A model generated the notes under the pieces. The model worked only from the letters and a program-made list of their open reading frames with translations. It searched no databases and had not been told where the DNA came from. This document shows positions 60,896-64,000 of a stretch of DNA of 64,000 bases, one piece after another. This DNA comes from Octopus vulgaris (Eukaryota): assembly GCA_951406725.2 (NCBI GenBank), contig OX597827.1, positions 61,566,001-61,630,000 of the forward strand. Direction: 5' to 3'. Numbering within the stretch: position 1 is the stretch's first letter; each line of letters opens with the position of its first letter. Position numbers and translations under genes: made by a program.

Positions 60896-62189
60896 GTTAG
60901 TTGATTAAGAAGTAAAAAAACAAAAAAAACACAGCACAACTTTCTTCACATTTCTGTCTGTATGTCTCATTTCTTGTTCCAATGTAGAACTTATGTTTTA
61001 TTGGGGGGGGGGGTACGAAAAAAACAAAAGACGAAGACAGGTGGTGTACAAAACAAACAGATGTATTAGTATAACGCTCAGGAATAGAAAATGTCTTTTA
61101 CGTTTCGAGCCTACTCTTTTCTACAGAAAGGGACACAGAAAAAAAAAAAATGTGTGTAGTGGCTTTACACTGTTTGTAGAGGATTACAACTAAACACACA
61201 TATATTATCATTTAAAACATTACATTTGCCATACATTATTCATTTCATTATCCATCATCTTTTTCTTCACATTTCGGGTATGATGAAGACTCTTTTCATC
61301 ATTGCTTCAATCTCTGTAAATAAAGCGTTGGTGAAAGTAAAGAGTTGTCAGACTTATGAGAAAAAGGGTCTTCAGTATATCTGAAATGTGAAGGAAAAGA
61401 TGACGGATAATGAAACGAATAATCTATAGCAAATTGAATGTAATGTAATAAATGATATGTGCTTTTAGTTGTAATCCTCTATGCCCTCCCCAAGTCTTTG
61501 GAGAGAAGCAAAGAAGATTGATGATGTGTAATAAATGATAATATAATGTGTTTAGTTGTAATCCTCTAGTTTGGTTCTTCATCAGTCTACATCACCTCCC
61601 TCTTTCTCTTCATCTCTTTGTTCTACTGGTTTTTTTTAGTTTATTTACTTTTGTTTTGCTATTGTTTTATTAATGTGTTCATACTTGGTGTGTTAACCTT
61701 TTCTTCATTTTCTTGAACTTTTTCACCTGTTTTGCTAAACTGTTCGCATCATCATCATCATTTTAGCATCTACTTTTCCGTGCTCCTTTCAGTGGAGAAT
61801 TTGTTGAGGTAGTTTTTCTATGGTTGAATACCCTTCTTGTCACCAACCCCCGAATTGTGCCAAGTAAGGGTAATATTTCCCTGTGACTAGGCATGTCTTC
61901 ACAGAAGATTGAAAACAAAAGGACACTGCTTGCATAACAGTGACACTTGCTTACAACTATCATGCAATGTCAAAAGGCAAGGAGACAGTAACACACACAC
62001 ACATCTCTCTCTCTCTAGCTATCTATCTATCTTGTCTGTCTGTAGAGAGAGAGGGTGGGGAAGAAAGGAGAGAGAGAGGACTTGTGAAGGCTTGAGAGTA
62101 ATGAAGCTAGCATGCTCCACTGGATGGGTAATGTCAGTGTGCATGCACAACAGGGTGTAAATGATTTAAGAGGAAAACTAGGTAGAAGA

Positions 62190-62420
62190 GGCCTCAGCTG
62201 TTGTGTGCAAGAGAGAAGACTGTGCTGGTTTGGTCATGGATAAGGACAGCTGTGTAAGGGAATGCCAAGCTCTAATTGTGGAGGGTACCTGTAGAAGGGG
62301 TAGACCCAGGAAGACGTGGGATGAAGTGGTGAGAAAGGATCTTCTGACGCTGGGCCTCACTGAGGAAATGACAAGGGACCGGAAGATGTGACGATCTGCT
62401 GTACCTAATAAGACACATCA
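62190..62420 (+). mobile_element. RTE-clade LINE 3' fragment
   Basis: VEGTCRRGRPRKTWDEVVRKDL...LTEEMTRDR. Confidence 0.8.
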
Positions 62421-62963
62421 TGCTAAGTAAACTCGTTGTCTTTCTACACATGCAAGCTTGTTCTTTCTGGCACATAAATAGCACCCAGCACATTCTGCTA
62501 AGTGGTTGGCATTATAGGAAGGACATCCAGCCATAGAAACTATGCTACAACAAACAATTGGAGTCTGGACAGCTCTCTGCTAGCCAGCTCCATGTCAAAC
62601 CGTCTAACCCATGCCGGTATGGAAAGCGGACATTAAATGATGATGAGGTGTATGTGTCTCTATAGATATATATATATGTATATATGTATAAAAATAAATA
62701 AATGTGCCCTTTTAAAGCCTAGCCAGGCTCATGGACCCGGTTTCTCTGGCATATGTGTTCCCCAGCTGGATGGGATGCCAGTCCATCGCAGCGTTACTCA
62801 TTTTTGCCAGCTGAGTGGACTGGAGCAACGTGAAATGAAGTGTTTTGCTCAAGAACACAACGCGTCACCCGGTCCAGGAACCACAATCTTACGATCATGA
62901 CGCTGACACCCTAACCACTAAGCCATGTGCCTCAACCTATATATATACACACACACACACATG

Positions 62964-63000
<37 letters not shown>

Positions 63001-64000
63001 ATGGTGGGTTTCCTTCAGATTCTGTTTACCAAATCCACTCACAAAACTATGGTCTGCTTGAGGCTCCAGTAGAAGTCACTTGCCCAAGATACCATATAGT
63101 AGAACCGAAACTCAATTATTGAGAAGCAAACTTCTTACCACACAGCCATGCCTGTGTCTTTTCATTAATCTATTCTCATGTTTTATCGATCTCTTCACTT
63201 GTTTTGTTAATCTGCTGGTGTCTGTTTTGTTAACGTCTTTGCTTGTTTTGTAAATTTGTTCACCTTTGTTAACTTGTTGGCTCTTGTAGTTCACCTGTTT
63301 TGTTAACCTTTTTTTTTTTTTTAACTACATTTCTGTTGACATACAATCTCTGTTTCAATCAATTTAAATAACAAAGAATTTAGTAAAATAACTTTGTCAT
63401 TAAGCTGGTATTTGCAACACATTAATATGAAATCTTGACAAGTTTTAATTAAGATCATGTCAAAACATGTTTGTATCATTGAATCAGGGTGGTCTGAGGT
63501 AGATTGGTATCAAAAGGCTTACATTAAGTCTCCATCATTACCATCAGCAGTCAGAAGAGATGATATATATATATACTGGCAGTATAGCCCGGGATTAAGT
63601 TAGGATTATTAAGCTAATCAAGCACTTTGTTTCAAACTAGACTAAGCAACACCGATGTCAAATTTGAGTGAAATCTGTTGAAATTGGTAAACATTTGGCT
63701 GAAAATGGGTTGCAGACAATTTGATTGGGAAATCCCATAAGGAATCAATTTATCAGTTTTTTCCACTCATTGATTTTTTTTTTTTTTTTTGAGAACTTAA
63801 AGCGTTCATAGATCCCATGAGTTCTAAGTAATGCCAGCATCAAGTTCGAACAAAATACGTCAAAATTGGTAAAAGTTACAGTTGAAAATGGGGTGTAGCC
63901 AATTTTAATGGGAAATCCTATAAAGAATCGGTTTATTGATTTTTCACCCTAAATAGGACTTAACTAAACACAACATTGCTGATTCAAAAAAAATCTATAT

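Overview
Eukaryotic, repeat-rich genomic DNA, most likely an octopus (inferred from the tRNA-SINE families, (AT)n/(CA)n tracts and (ATG)n-tailed RTE-type SINEs). About 45 kb is a minus-strand nucleoporin gene, Nup155. I traced 32 coding exons by hand from the ATG at 45130 to 409; they give 3757 nt of continuous reading frame, and the 3' end lies beyond the window start. All splice phases fit, and the second coding-region intron (42811-44095) is a minor-spliceosome U12-type GT-AG intron. On the plus strand, facing away from Nup155, is the first coding exon of a PRELID1-like gene (60804-60895). Introns and the intergenic region are full of SINEs (CORE-like, Nin-domain, RTE-tailed, V/Meta-like), piggyBac- and pogo-type MITEs, mariner, CR1-group, RTE and Gypsy relics, and microsatellites. 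Best leads: a non-repetitive, CpG-retaining, hairpin-rich ~340 nt element in the Nup155 intron after coding exon 10; a candidate poison exon at 19177-19352; several palindromic Penelope-like termini with variant minimal hammerhead-ribozyme cores; and inverted SINE pairs that could form dsRNA in the pre-mRNA. No databases or folding programs were run.
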